Below, one piece after another: positions 47,567-56,674 of a stretch of DNA of 64,000 bases. The notes beneath the pieces are model-generated. The model was not told the origin of the DNA and did not search any database. It saw only the letters and a list, made by a program, of their open reading frames with translations. Both the position numbers and the translations under genes were made by a program. How positions within the stretch are numbered: the first letter of the stretch is position 1; each line of letters starts with the position of its first letter. This stretch comes from Nitrospirota bacterium (lineage in GTDB: Bacteria > Nitrospirota > Thermodesulfovibrionia > Thermodesulfovibrionales > JdFR-88). The stretch spans positions 8,512-72,511 of the forward strand of contig JAKAHV010000005.1 of NCBI GenBank assembly GCA_021825295.1. Reading direction: 5' to 3'.

Positions 47567-48753
47567 AACATCAGGACTTGTTCGAAAAGTGCGGGAAGTT
47601 CACCAAGGCCAAAGAGCTCGTGCAGGCAGGCCTTTATCCTTATTTCAGAACCATTGAGAGCGCCCAGGACCCGGTTGTTTATTTAAACGGCAAAAAAATG
47701 ATAATGGTCGGCTCGAACAACTACCTGGGGCTCACCAACCACCCCAAGGTCAAGGAGGCGGCCATAGAGGCCGTAAAGAAATACGGGACCGGCTGCGCCG
47801 GCTCCAGGTTCCTGAACGGCACCCTGGACATCCACGTGGCGCTCGAGGAGAAGCTCGCCCGGTTCATGCGCAAGGAGGCCGCGCTGGTTTTTTCCACCGG
47901 GTTCCAGGTGAACCTGGGGGTCATCTCGGCCCTCTGCGCCAAGGACGATATCGTCATCATAGACAAGATGGACCATGCAAGCATCATAGACGGCTGCCGG
48001 CTCTCCTACGCCGAGGTGAAGAAATTCCGCCATAACGACATGGACGACCTGGAGCGCGTGCTTTCCACCTCGGGCGAGGCCGCGGCCCTTGTCGTGGTCG
48101 ACGGCGTATTCAGCATGGAGGGGGACATCGCGAAGCTGCCACAGGTGGTTGAGGCGGCCCATAAATGCGGCGCGCGGGTGATGGTGGACGACGCCCACGG
48201 CATAGGCGTGCTTGGCAAGACGGGCCGGGGCACAAGCGAGCATTTCGGGCTCGAAGACAAAGTCGACCTCATAATGGGCACATATTCCAAATCGCTTGCC
48301 TCCATAGGCGGCTTCGTATCAGGAAGCGCGGATGTGATCCATTACATAAAGCACTTCGCCCGGTCGCTGATATTCAGCGCAAGCCCTCCGCCTGCGTCGA
48401 TCGCCGCGGTGAGCGCGGCCCTGGACATCATCGAAAACGAACCGGAGAGGATAGAGCAGCTCTGGAAAAATACGCACAAGATGATGGACGGCCTGCGGGG
48501 TATGGGATACGAGACCGGCCCGGCCGAGACCCCGATTATTCCGGTGCTCGTGGGCGACAGCGAGACAGCGTTCAAGATGACACTCATGCTCCAGGATGAA
48601 GGGGTCTTCGCCAACGTCGCCGTGAGCCCGGCCGTGCCCAACGGCAAGGCGCTCATAAGGACAAGCTATATGGCCACTCATACCGATGAGCACCTGGACG
48701 CCGTTCTTGCCGCGTTTGAGAAGGTTGGAAAGGCAGCCGGCCTGATTTCATAA
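47557..48753 (+). CDS. alpha-oxoamine synthase family PLP enzyme (serine palmitoyltransferase / KAPA synthase-like)
   Basis: [38 protein letters not shown] and the PLP lysine context GTYSKSL. The ATG at 47557 overlaps the SDR stop by 10 nt. Confidence 0.85.
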   Translation: MVIKHQDLFEKCGKFTKAKELVQAGLYPYFRTIESAQDPVVYLNGKKMIMVGSNNYLGLTNHPKVKEAAIEAVKKYGTGCAGSRFLNGTLDIHVALEEKLARFMRKEAALVFSTGFQVNLGVISALCAKDDIVIIDKMDHASIIDGCRLSYAEVKKFRHNDMDDLERVLSTSGEAAALVVVDGVFSMEGDIAKLPQVVEAAHKCGARVMVDDAHGIGVLGKTGRGTSEHFGLEDKVDLIMGTYSKSLASIGGFVSGSADVIHYIKHFARSLIFSASPPPASIAAVSAALDIIENEPERIEQLWKNTHKMMDGLRGMGYETGPAETPIIPVLVGDSETAFKMTLMLQDEGVFANVAVSPAVPNGKALIRTSYMATHTDEHLDAVLAAFEKVGKAAGLIS

Positions 48754-48780
48754 ACGGTGTCTCCGGATTCGAGGGGGGGC

Positions 48781-48811
48781 AGCAGGGGGCGGGAGAATTT
48801 TCCGCCCCCTG
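48781..48811. terminator. GC-rich hairpin between convergent genes (candidate terminator)
   Basis: gcagggggcgg-gagaatttt-ccgccccctgc, followed by ccgtttgag on the + strand. Confidence 0.4.
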
Positions 48812-48855
48812 CCCGTTTGAGATCCGTTTGCGGAGGCGTTTCTCCTTATAAAGTA

Positions 48856-50538
48856 TTAGAGTGCCCGCTGCCCGTTCGGCGGGGTGCAGGCCGGCAGGAA
48901 GAGACTGACGACGGTCCCCTTTCCGGACTCGCACGTGACTTCAATGCCGCCTTTCATCTTCGACATCATCTTTTTCACGATCACAAGCCCCAGCCCGGTC
49001 CCCTTCGGCTTTGTGGTATGAAACGGTTTAAACAGGTTGCGCATCTGCTCCCCGGTCATGCCCGGGCCGTTGTCCTCCACCGTGACCAGTATCATGTCCT
49101 CCAGCCCGGAGGTCTTCACCGTAATGACAGGCTCAGGGACACCCTCCAGGGCGTCGGCGGCATTTGAGAATACATTTAAAAGGGCATGATTGAAGGCCCT
49201 CTCATCCATGTGCGCGCGCTCGGCGCTGGGGCTCAGGCAGGACTTTATTTTTATTCCCTTCGCCAGGAAGTCGGCTTTGGCCATGGCCAAAAAATTATCC
49301 AGAAAGGCCCGGAGGCTCACGCAGTCCGATTTTACTTCCTCGAAAAGGTTGAAGCTTTTCAGGGATTTCAGGAGAAACTCGATCCTTGCCACGCCCTCCA
49401 GCGCCCTGTCGATATAATCGCCGATTTTTTCCCCCGGCAACGTCCTGTACTGTCTTTTCAGGATATCGAGATTGAACTTGGTGGTATTGAGCGGATTTCC
49501 AAGCTCATGCCTGATGCCGCTGAAGACGTATCCGATATTGTCCATCATGTTCAGGGCCTCGGCGATCGACTCCAGGCGCTTTTTTTCGCTGATGTCGCGG
49601 AATATCACGCTGACCCGCGTGTTGCCGCTCTTGTCCCTGAACACGGCGGCGGAATGCTCGCAGGGGATCTTTTCGCCGTTTTTGCGCAGGCATGTGACCT
49701 CTCCCCTGGCCTTTCCCGACCGCGCCCGTTCCTCAAGATAGAGCTTCACTTTCGGGTCCGCCATGTCCAGGATACCGCTCCTGCCGGCCTCGAGTATCTC
49801 TTCCTCCGTCCTCCCCAGGATGCTGCAGGCCTCCGGATTTGCCGCGAGGATGCGGCCTTCAGGCGAGCTAAGCAGGATTCCATCCAGGCTGTGATTGAAA
49901 AAAGACCTGTACTGCTCCTCGCTCTCCTTCAGGGCCTCTTCCGCCTTTTTGCGTTCCGCTATCTCGGCCTCCAGCTCCTCGTTGGCGGCGGCAAGCTGGG
50001 CCGTCCGCTCGGCAACGCGTCTCTCAAGCGCTTCCTCCAGTTCTTTCTCGGCGGTGACATCCTCCAGGACCAGCAGGGCAAAAAGCTCTCCCAGATAACG
50101 AAAAGGAGCGGCGGTCACGGAAAAAAACTTTTCCTCGATCCGGCCGACACTGGCCAGTTTCATCCTTGCCGTTTCACGATGGACTCTTCCGCCCCCGAAA
50201 ACCTTCATCACGGAATTCCTGATGACGCAATCCCTGCACGCCGGGGCATGGCCGCAGCCGCCCGGAGCCTCGGAGGCATGGATGCAGTACAGGAGTTCGC
50301 CGCCTCTCCTGAATAATACGCGTCCCCTTTCCGCCCCCAGAAGCGACAGCGCGGCGGCATTCAGGTGGTGGATCCGGACGTCGGAGTCTACGATGAACAG
50401 GAAAGAGGGGACCGCGTCGAAGACGCTCTGCAGGAATTCGGAATTATCGAACAAATGCTGTATCATTTTTGGCCCGCATGCGGCTTTCAGTTCAAAATAA
50501 CTTCCCGCCCCCCCTAGCATTCTAAAAAAAATTGACAT
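48856..50538 (-). CDS. multi-PAS sensor histidine kinase
   Basis: Two PAS-like regions, a coiled coil, an H-box (FSGIRHELGNPL) and HATPase (GTGLGLVIVKK). The real start is probably the ATG at 50466 (MIQHLFDNSEF). Confidence 0.85.
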   Translation of the reverse strand: MSIFFRMLGGAGSYFELKAACGPKMIQHLFDNSEFLQSVFDAVPSFLFIVDSDVRIHHLNAAALSLLGAERGRVLFRRGGELLYCIHASEAPGGCGHAPACRDCVIRNSVMKVFGGGRVHRETARMKLASVGRIEEKFFSVTAAPFRYLGELFALLVLEDVTAEKELEEALERRVAERTAQLAAANEELEAEIAERKKAEEALKESEEQYRSFFNHSLDGILLSSPEGRILAANPEACSILGRTEEEILEAGRSGILDMADPKVKLYLEERARSGKARGEVTCLRKNGEKIPCEHSAAVFRDKSGNTRVSVIFRDISEKKRLESIAEALNMMDNIGYVFSGIRHELGNPLNTTKFNLDILKRQYRTLPGEKIGDYIDRALEGVARIEFLLKSLKSFNLFEEVKSDCVSLRAFLDNFLAMAKADFLAKGIKIKSCLSPSAERAHMDERAFNHALLNVFSNAADALEGVPEPVITVKTSGLEDMILVTVEDNGPGMTGEQMRNLFKPFHTTKPKGTGLGLVIVKKMMSKMKGGIEVTCESGKGTVVSLFLPACTPPNGQRAL

Positions 50539-50556
50539 AACAAATCAATAACGTTG

Positions 50557-50674
50557 GTAGTGCATCAGTTTGACGCAGAGCGGGGCAGAAGGCGGATGGG
50601 GGCATGGCTCGCGGCATTCCTGCGAAGTGCAGTCGGCCTCGCTACACGCCTCGCTCGAGGCCCCATGCCGGATG
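50557..50674. repeat. family C element, copy C2
   Basis: gtagtgcatcag...gcagagcggggcagaaggcggatgggggcatggctcgcggcattcctgcgaagtgcagtcggcctcgct... shares the ggatgggggcatggctcgcg core with 54998-55020. Confidence 0.5.
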
Positions 50675-50693
50675 AAATAAGTTATAATCATCG

Positions 50694-51815
50694 GTGGAGA
50701 AAATAACCGAGGTCAAGACAAAAAAAGACCTCCTCGATTTCATTAAATTCCCTTTTTCGCTGTACAGTGACGACCCGATATATTCTCCCCTGCCCGTCTC
50801 CGAGCAGAAAAAGCTCTTCGACCCGGCCAAAAACCCGTTTTATAACGATGCGAGGGTGAAACTCTTTCTGCTTGAGAGGAACGGAAAGACAGTGGGCCGC
50901 ATCGCATCCGTGATAGACGGCAGGCACCTGGAATACCACGGGGACGGGGCCGGGTTTTTCGGTTTCTATGAATCCATAAAGGATCCGGGGGTGGCGCGGG
51001 CGCTCCTGGGCCGGGTGGAGGCGGAGCTTAAAGAGGCGGGGCTGAAGACGATGCGTGGCCCCATGAGTTTTTCCACAAACGAGGAGTGCGCCTTCCAGAT
51101 CGAGGGGTTTGAGTATCCCCCCATGATCATGACTCCCTACAATCCGCCCTGGTACAACGGCCTCATGGAGGCCTCAGGGATGAAAAAGGCAAAAGACCTG
51201 ATCGCATACATCCGCGATATGGCGCTGCCGCTGCCGGAAAAGGTCCGGCGCGTTGCCGCCCTGGCGGAGAAAAAGGGAGTGACGGTCCGCCTTGCGGACA
51301 TGAAGAAACTCAACCTGGAGCTTTCGGTTTTCCGCGATGTCTACAACTCTTCCTGGAAGGACAACTGGGGGTTCATACCCATTACCCCGGAGGAGGTGGA
51401 CAATATGGCGAAACAGCTCAAGGGCGTCCTGGTGCCGGAGCTTACGATCATCGCCCAGGCCGGGGGAGAGCCCGTGGGGTTTCTGGGCATCGTGCCAGAC
51501 GTCAACCAGGTGCTGAGGGTCCTCAGGGGCAGGCTGACCCCGCTGGGGATACTTAAAGCATTTTTCCGTTTCAGGAAGATAGACGCCATAAGGCTGATGC
51601 TCCTTGGCGTGAAACGGGAGTGGAGGGGCCGGGGGGTCGAGGCCCTGATGATAAAAAAGGGGTTCGAGGGCATAAAGAGTTTCGGCGGCAAATACAAGCA
51701 GATAGAGTTCTCCTGGATACTCGAGGACAACCTTCCCATCATCCACATCTCGGAGATGATCGGCGGGCATGTGTACAAGAGATACAGGATTTACGAGCGG
51801 GAGATTTCCGCCTGA
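50694..51815 (+). CDS. large GNAT-like N-acyltransferase family protein of unknown function
   Basis: 373 aa. The pattern FIKFPFSLYSDDPIYSPLP...KNPFY...GRIA...GFFGFYE...RGPMSFSTNEE...PYNPPWY matches a widespread uncharacterised GNAT-related family that I recognise only by pattern. Confidence 0.5.
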   Translation: MEKITEVKTKKDLLDFIKFPFSLYSDDPIYSPLPVSEQKKLFDPAKNPFYNDARVKLFLLERNGKTVGRIASVIDGRHLEYHGDGAGFFGFYESIKDPGVARALLGRVEAELKEAGLKTMRGPMSFSTNEECAFQIEGFEYPPMIMTPYNPPWYNGLMEASGMKKAKDLIAYIRDMALPLPEKVRRVAALAEKKGVTVRLADMKKLNLELSVFRDVYNSSWKDNWGFIPITPEEVDNMAKQLKGVLVPELTIIAQAGGEPVGFLGIVPDVNQVLRVLRGRLTPLGILKAFFRFRKIDAIRLMLLGVKREWRGRGVEALMIKKGFEGIKSFGGKYKQIEFSWILEDNLPIIHISEMIGGHVYKRYRIYEREISA

Positions 51816-51831
51816 TCCTCCCGCGGGTCTC

Positions 51832-52920
51832 TCAGGCCTGCGTGATCTTCTTCAGCACACTCTCGAAGCTGGCCGCCATCGCCTGGGCGGAGAACCGGGT
51901 CTCTACCGACTTTTTACCGTTGGCCGCGAGTCTTTGCGCCAGTCCGGCCTCTTCGGCTACAAGCCCTATCGCGCGGGCCAGGGAGTCCGGGTCGCCAGGG
52001 GGCACGAGGATGCCGTTTTCCCCGTTTTCCACGATCTCCGGCACGCCCCCGACCGAACTTGCGATCACCGGCAGGCCCGCCGCCATCGCCTCTATCACCA
52101 CCATCCCGAAGGTCTCGCGGCAGATCGAGGGGAAGACGAATATGTCCATGGCATGGTAGATGCGCTCCATGTCCAGCCTCCTTCCGGAAAAGACCGCGTC
52201 CACTCCAAGCGCCCCAGCCTTCCTTTCAAGCGCCCCGCGTCCCTCGCCCTCGCCGGCCATAAGCAGCTTTATCTTCAGTTGCGGATGCTCTCGCTGAAGC
52301 CGGCTTGCCGCCTCCAGCAACACAAAAAGGCCCTTGCCGGCATTGAGCGCGCCCGCGGCGCCTATTACAAGGTCGCCGTCCGAAAAATGAAAGTCAGAAC
52401 GCACGGCATCCCTGACTCCTGGCTGCGGCGCGAACCTTCCCGGTTCGATGCCGTTGTGGACAACCGAGATCCTGCCCGCGGGCAGGCCGGTCTCCAGAAG
52501 GCCATCCCTTACGAAACCGCTTACCGCAACCACATTGTCCACGGCCATCCGTACGAGCTGGCGGGTGGATTTTTTGAGAGGGTCCGCCATGTGCCTGATA
52601 AAGACGACCTTCCGGCCGGCAAGCTTCGCCGTAAGGGCAACGGGCCAGTATTCCTTTCCCATCGTGGCCGCGACGACCTCCGGATTGCGCCTGCGGACCG
52701 CCGCCCGCATCCTGCAGGCGGCAATCAGGTCGCCCGAGTTTCTGAAGGCGATGTCCTCGACCGGCACGCCCGACCTCAAGGCGTTCTCATAAACGGGACT
52801 GCCGGCCGCGCATCCAAGCACGATGCCGTGTCCCCTCGCCAGCAGCGCGCGCGCCAGATGCAGGGTCTGGTTTTCGAGACCTCCGTAAGCCTTCGAGGAA
52901 TTTATGATGAGTATATTCAC
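51832..52920 (-). CDS. glycosyltransferase family 4 (GT-B, group 1)
   Basis: N-terminal GG motif (YGGLENQ) and the C-terminal E-x7-E region (FPSICRETFGMVVIEAMAAGLPVIAS). Confidence 0.85.
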   Translation of the reverse strand: MNILIINSSKAYGGLENQTLHLARALLARGHGIVLGCAAGSPVYENALRSGVPVEDIAFRNSGDLIAACRMRAAVRRRNPEVVAATMGKEYWPVALTAKLAGRKVVFIRHMADPLKKSTRQLVRMAVDNVVAVSGFVRDGLLETGLPAGRISVVHNGIEPGRFAPQPGVRDAVRSDFHFSDGDLVIGAAGALNAGKGLFVLLEAASRLQREHPQLKIKLLMAGEGEGRGALERKAGALGVDAVFSGRRLDMERIYHAMDIFVFPSICRETFGMVVIEAMAAGLPVIASSVGGVPEIVENGENGILVPPGDPDSLARAIGLVAEEAGLAQRLAANGKKSVETRFSAQAMAASFESVLKKITQA

Positions 52921-53091
52921 GATGCCTCCTGGATTTTATATTAACACGGCATTTTTTCCTGAAACGTTGCCGTTTGCGGCAAGCGGCGCGCGGGGCTGGC
53001 CGGGGCTGGCCCCCTTGACAGCCGCCCCCGGTTATACAAGAATGGTTTTTAGGAAAAAACAGGCCTGATTTTTGGCCGGAAGGAGCGAAAA

Positions 53092-53409
53092 ATGTTCGGT
53101 GCGGAGCTTCCGGATATAGCGGCCCTCGCAAAAAACGCCGGGGACGCGGACAGGGAGTTTTTAAGGCTGTCGATAATGGCGGAGCTGGACGCCATAAACC
53201 TCTACGAGCAGATCGCGGGGCTTACGAAAAACGAGGACATCCGAAAGGTAATGCTCGATGTCGCCAGGGAGGAAAAGACACATATGGGAGAGTTCCAGAC
53301 GATGCTTCTGCTCCTGGACGGCGAGCAGACCGAAGAGCTGGAAAAAGGCGCCCTGGAAGTGGAGGAGATCACCGGCCGGAGGTTTTCACCGCACAAGACA
53401 GGCCGCTAG
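53092..53409 (+). CDS. small ferritin-like (EncFtn-like half-ferritin / rubrerythrin-fold) protein
   Basis: 105 aa. MAELDAINLYEQ...DVAREEKTHMGEF reproduces the E...ExxH pattern I recall from encapsulated ferritins (ELEAVDWYDQ...RDEEKEH). Confidence 0.5.
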   Translation: MFGAELPDIAALAKNAGDADREFLRLSIMAELDAINLYEQIAGLTKNEDIRKVMLDVAREEKTHMGEFQTMLLLLDGEQTEELEKGALEVEEITGRRFSPHKTGR

Positions 53410-53509
53410 TGTGCCGTCCCAAAAGTTTCCGGTATGAATCCTTTGAGTCCTGAAAATTACCCGCTGGCGTTATGAGGGGTGCGGCTGGCAGTGAGCGGGG
53501 CGCGCCCAA

Positions 53510-54886
53510 TTATTTCAGTCTGCTCAATGTCTCCGGTATCAGTTCCGAAAGCTCGGGGAATATGTGCAGGCCCCTGGTGATATAGTCCGCTTTTCCGCGG
53601 TTTGCAATCGTGTTTACCACCTCCTGGATGAGGATGGGGGCAAGGGGGCCAAGGATATGGAAGCCCAGGAGCCTTTCCGTTTTTTTATCCGCTATTGCCT
53701 TTGCGAAGCCCACCTTCTCCTGCATCGCGATCCCCTTGGCCACGTCGGAATATGCAGCTTTTCCCACCAGCACTTCCCCGCACTGCCTGGCCTGCCGTTC
53801 CGTAAGCCCTACGGAGGCAACCTGGGGGTGGGCGAATATCGCGTGCGGGACGGCGTCAAAATCCATCGTCATCTTTTCGCCATGTGTCGCGTTGTGCCAG
53901 GCGATTTCGGCCTCCCTGTCTCCGGCATGGGTGAACATCTGCCTGCCTATGGCGTCTCCGAAGGCCCAGGTGTTCTCAATATTCGTCTGGAGGCCGTCGT
54001 CAACCTTTATGTAATTTCTTTCATCAATTTGGAGGCCCGCGTCCGCGGCCCTTATGAGGTCCGCGTTCGAGGTTCTGCCCGCGGCGACCATGAGGCTGCC
54101 TGCCGTGAACCTCCTTTTCCCCCCGTTGCTGTCCTGTGTGAGCACGAATGCATCCCCCCACTCGCGCCCGGCCTCGATGACCTTTAACCCCTTGTTGATC
54201 TGCACATATTTGGACATCTCCGTTTCGAAGGCGCTGCTGATCTCGGGCTCCTCCTGCGATATGATACTCTCCAGGGCCTCGATTATCGTGACATTGGCGC
54301 CGGCAGCCGAAAAGAAGTGGGCGTATTCCACCGCGACATATCCGCCGCCGATTATTATCATGCTCTCCGGGGGTTTTTCCAGCTCCAGGACGGTCTCGTT
54401 CGTGAGGTAGCCGGTCTCCTCAAGGCCCTTTATGTTCGGGATCAAGGGCCGGGAGCCGGAGGCAATAAAGACCTTTTCCCCCCTTATACGCAACCCCTCG
54501 AGTTGTCCCCCCTCCAGCTCAACCGTACGGGGTTCCGTGAAATGCGCCGCGGCATGATAGTAGTCCAGGTTTCCGGATTTTTCTATCTCTTCCTTCAGAA
54601 AATTTCTGCCGTGGTTTCTCGCCTTGTTCATCCTCGCCATTATGGAGGCGAAGTCCACCTTCTCCACCCTCGCCATCACCCCGATGCCGGCCGCCTCCTC
54701 TACCTGCCTTATCCTGTCGGCCGGATAGATCAGGGTTTTTGAAGGCACGCATCCCACGTTCAGGCATGTCCCGCCGAGGTGGTCCTTGCTCACCAGCGCC
54801 ACCTTGAGCCCGGCCTCGACCGCCCTGAAAACGATATTCATCCCCACCCCAGCGCCTATAACAAGGACGTCGTATTCTTTCAGCAT
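53510..54886 (-). CDS. class I pyridine nucleotide-disulfide oxidoreductase (dihydrolipoamide dehydrogenase-like)
   Basis: GAGVG FAD motif, redox disulfide GGTCLNVGCVPSK, and a C-terminal dimerisation domain with an H-x4-E context (HIFPELSE). Confidence 0.85.
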   Translation of the reverse strand: MLKEYDVLVIGAGVGMNIVFRAVEAGLKVALVSKDHLGGTCLNVGCVPSKTLIYPADRIRQVEEAAGIGVMARVEKVDFASIMARMNKARNHGRNFLKEEIEKSGNLDYYHAAAHFTEPRTVELEGGQLEGLRIRGEKVFIASGSRPLIPNIKGLEETGYLTNETVLELEKPPESMIIIGGGYVAVEYAHFFSAAGANVTIIEALESIISQEEPEISSAFETEMSKYVQINKGLKVIEAGREWGDAFVLTQDSNGGKRRFTAGSLMVAAGRTSNADLIRAADAGLQIDERNYIKVDDGLQTNIENTWAFGDAIGRQMFTHAGDREAEIAWHNATHGEKMTMDFDAVPHAIFAHPQVASVGLTERQARQCGEVLVGKAAYSDVAKGIAMQEKVGFAKAIADKKTERLLGFHILGPLAPILIQEVVNTIANRGKADYITRGLHIFPELSELIPETLSRLK

Positions 54887-54974
54887 TTTTCCGGCCCTCC
54901 GGGACGATGATGCCCTTTTTTAAAGATCATATCACAGTACGGGCCGGCGTCTGTCCCCGGGGTAGCAGGACAGG

Positions 54975-55190
54975 GGCAATGCAGACCGGGCAGAAAGAGG
55001 ATGGGGGCATGGCTCGCGTCATTCTTGCGAACTGCGGCTGGCGGCTCGCTGCTCGCCCAATGTGGGCCGCACACTCCATCCCGGCGTTTACGCAGCGGGC
55101 CAAGGCCCGCGTGGAGGGGATTCCGCGTCGGCCCACAGGGGCGTTTCGCTCGCCGCCAACCGCAGTTCGACCATGCCCCCGTCCGCTGGC
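54975..55190. repeat. family C element, full-length copy C3 (about 216 bp, long imperfect terminal inverted repeats)
   Basis: The left arm is ggatgggggcatggctcgcgtcattcttgcgaactgcggctggcggctcgc. The right arm is gcgagcg-type: cgctcgccgccaaccgcagttcgaccatgcccccgtcc. Confidence 0.55.
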
Positions 55191-55406
55191 TCCACGCGAT
55201 TCGCTTATACCGGCCTGTTTGTTTCATCCACTACCTCCTGCCGAACTGGCGAAAGGCCGGCTGAGCATGGTATCATGAGGAATTGTTTAATTTGGGCGTC
55301 AAGGTTTCATGGGCGGTCCCGCATCCATGATTCAATCCCGTTAGAACCGATCTCAAAATTGATTCTAAAAAGAAAAATTGTGAAGGCAGCCTGCAGGCCC
55401 GATGAG

Positions 55407-56654
55407 ATGACCGCAAGGGTTTCCCCCGGGGACGCCGGCCGCACCGGCTTCAAGGTGCTGGGCGCGATCAGTTTTTCACATTTTCTGAACGACACCATGC
55501 AGTCCCTGCTTCTGGCGATTTATCCATTGCTTAAGGGGAAGTTCCAGCTCAGCTTCGCGCAAATCGGACTGATCACGCTCTGCTATCAGCTCACCGCTTC
55601 CCTGCTTCAGCCCGCGGTCGGGCTGTACACCGACCATCATCCAAGGCCGTATTCTCTTGTCTTCGGGATGGGATGCACACTGGCCGGCCTTCTGTTTCTG
55701 GGTACGGCGGGCAGTTACGGCATGCTTCTTTTCGCGGCCGCCCTGGTCGGAACCGGCTCGGCGGTCTTCCATCCGGAATCCTCGCGCGTGGCCCGGATGG
55801 CGTCGGGCGGCAGACACGGGCTGGCGCAGTCCATCTTCCAGGTCGGAGGAAACACGGGGACCGCCATGGGCCCGCTGCTGGCCGCCTGGATTGTCATCCC
55901 CCGGGGGCAGGGCAGTGTCGCGTGGTTCTCGCTGGCCGCCTTTCTTGCCATCGCGGTGCTCTGGCAGGTGGGAGGCTGGTACAGGCGCAATCACCGGATT
56001 GCCGCTCGCGTCGATGCCCGCCGCGGACTGCGCCCGGACTTGCCCACGCGGAAGGTGGCCCTGTCCGTATTGATCCTGCTAGTGCTTGTTTTTTCGAAGT
56101 ACTTCTACCTGGCGAGCCTGAGCAGTTACTATATTTTTTACCTGATGCACCGCTTTCACCTGTCCGTGCGGTCCGCACAGGTGCATCTCTTTGCGTTTCT
56201 GTTTGCGGTCGCCGTGGGAACGTTTTTTGGAGGCCCGATAGGCGACCGCATCGGCAGAAAGCGCGTCATCTGGGTCTCGATCCTGGGCGCCGCGCCCTTC
56301 GCCCTGGCGCTGCCCTATGCGGACCTTGCCTGGACGGGGATCCTCGCCTTCATGACCGGGCTGATACTGGCTAGCGCCTTTTCGGCCATCCTCGTGTTCG
56401 CGCAGGAACTCATTCCGGGCAAGGTGGGCGCCATCTCCGGCCTGTTCTTCGGTTTTGCCTTCGGCATGGGCGGCATAGGCGCCGCGGTGCTGGGCAAACT
56501 GGCCGACCAGCGCGGAATAGTATTCGTATACCACCTGTGCTCGTATCTGCCCCTGCTGGGCGTTCTGGCCATGTTTCTGCCGGATGCCGGAATCAAAGGC
56601 CGCTCCGGCCGGCATTTTTCACCTGAGGATATCGACCCCGGCGCTTCCCTGTAG
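55407..56654 (+). CDS. MFS transporter (Fsr/fosmidomycin-resistance-like)
   Basis: 12 predicted hydrophobic segments and the FSHFLNDTMQSLLLAIYPLLK signature. The track start at 55062 runs through repeat C3, so I use the ATG at 55407. Confidence 0.8.
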   Translation: MTARVSPGDAGRTGFKVLGAISFSHFLNDTMQSLLLAIYPLLKGKFQLSFAQIGLITLCYQLTASLLQPAVGLYTDHHPRPYSLVFGMGCTLAGLLFLGTAGSYGMLLFAAALVGTGSAVFHPESSRVARMASGGRHGLAQSIFQVGGNTGTAMGPLLAAWIVIPRGQGSVAWFSLAAFLAIAVLWQVGGWYRRNHRIAARVDARRGLRPDLPTRKVALSVLILLVLVFSKYFYLASLSSYYIFYLMHRFHLSVRSAQVHLFAFLFAVAVGTFFGGPIGDRIGRKRVIWVSILGAAPFALALPYADLAWTGILAFMTGLILASAFSAILVFAQELIPGKVGAISGLFFGFAFGMGGIGAAVLGKLADQRGIVFVYHLCSYLPLLGVLAMFLPDAGIKGRSGRHFSPEDIDPGASL

Positions 56655-56674
56655 CGGGATTTTATCTCTGGATT

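Noticed and set aside
53092-54886. Encapsulin nanocompartment locus around the EncFtn-like gene.
   Set aside because: No HK97-fold shell gene is adjacent and the C-terminus has no recognisable targeting peptide. Only the orphan ferritin-like gene is reported.
14750-55190. Whether the dispersed repeats could be a CRISPR array.
   Set aside because: The copies are kilobases apart, in both orientations and of unequal length. There are no regularly spaced direct repeats with unique spacers, and no cas genes in the window.
55062-55406. N-terminal extension of the MFS transporter ORF, and the other ORFs lying over 54880-55280.
   Set aside because: The region is occupied by repeat C3. The MFS signature starts after the ATG at 55407, which gives a normal length of ~415 aa.
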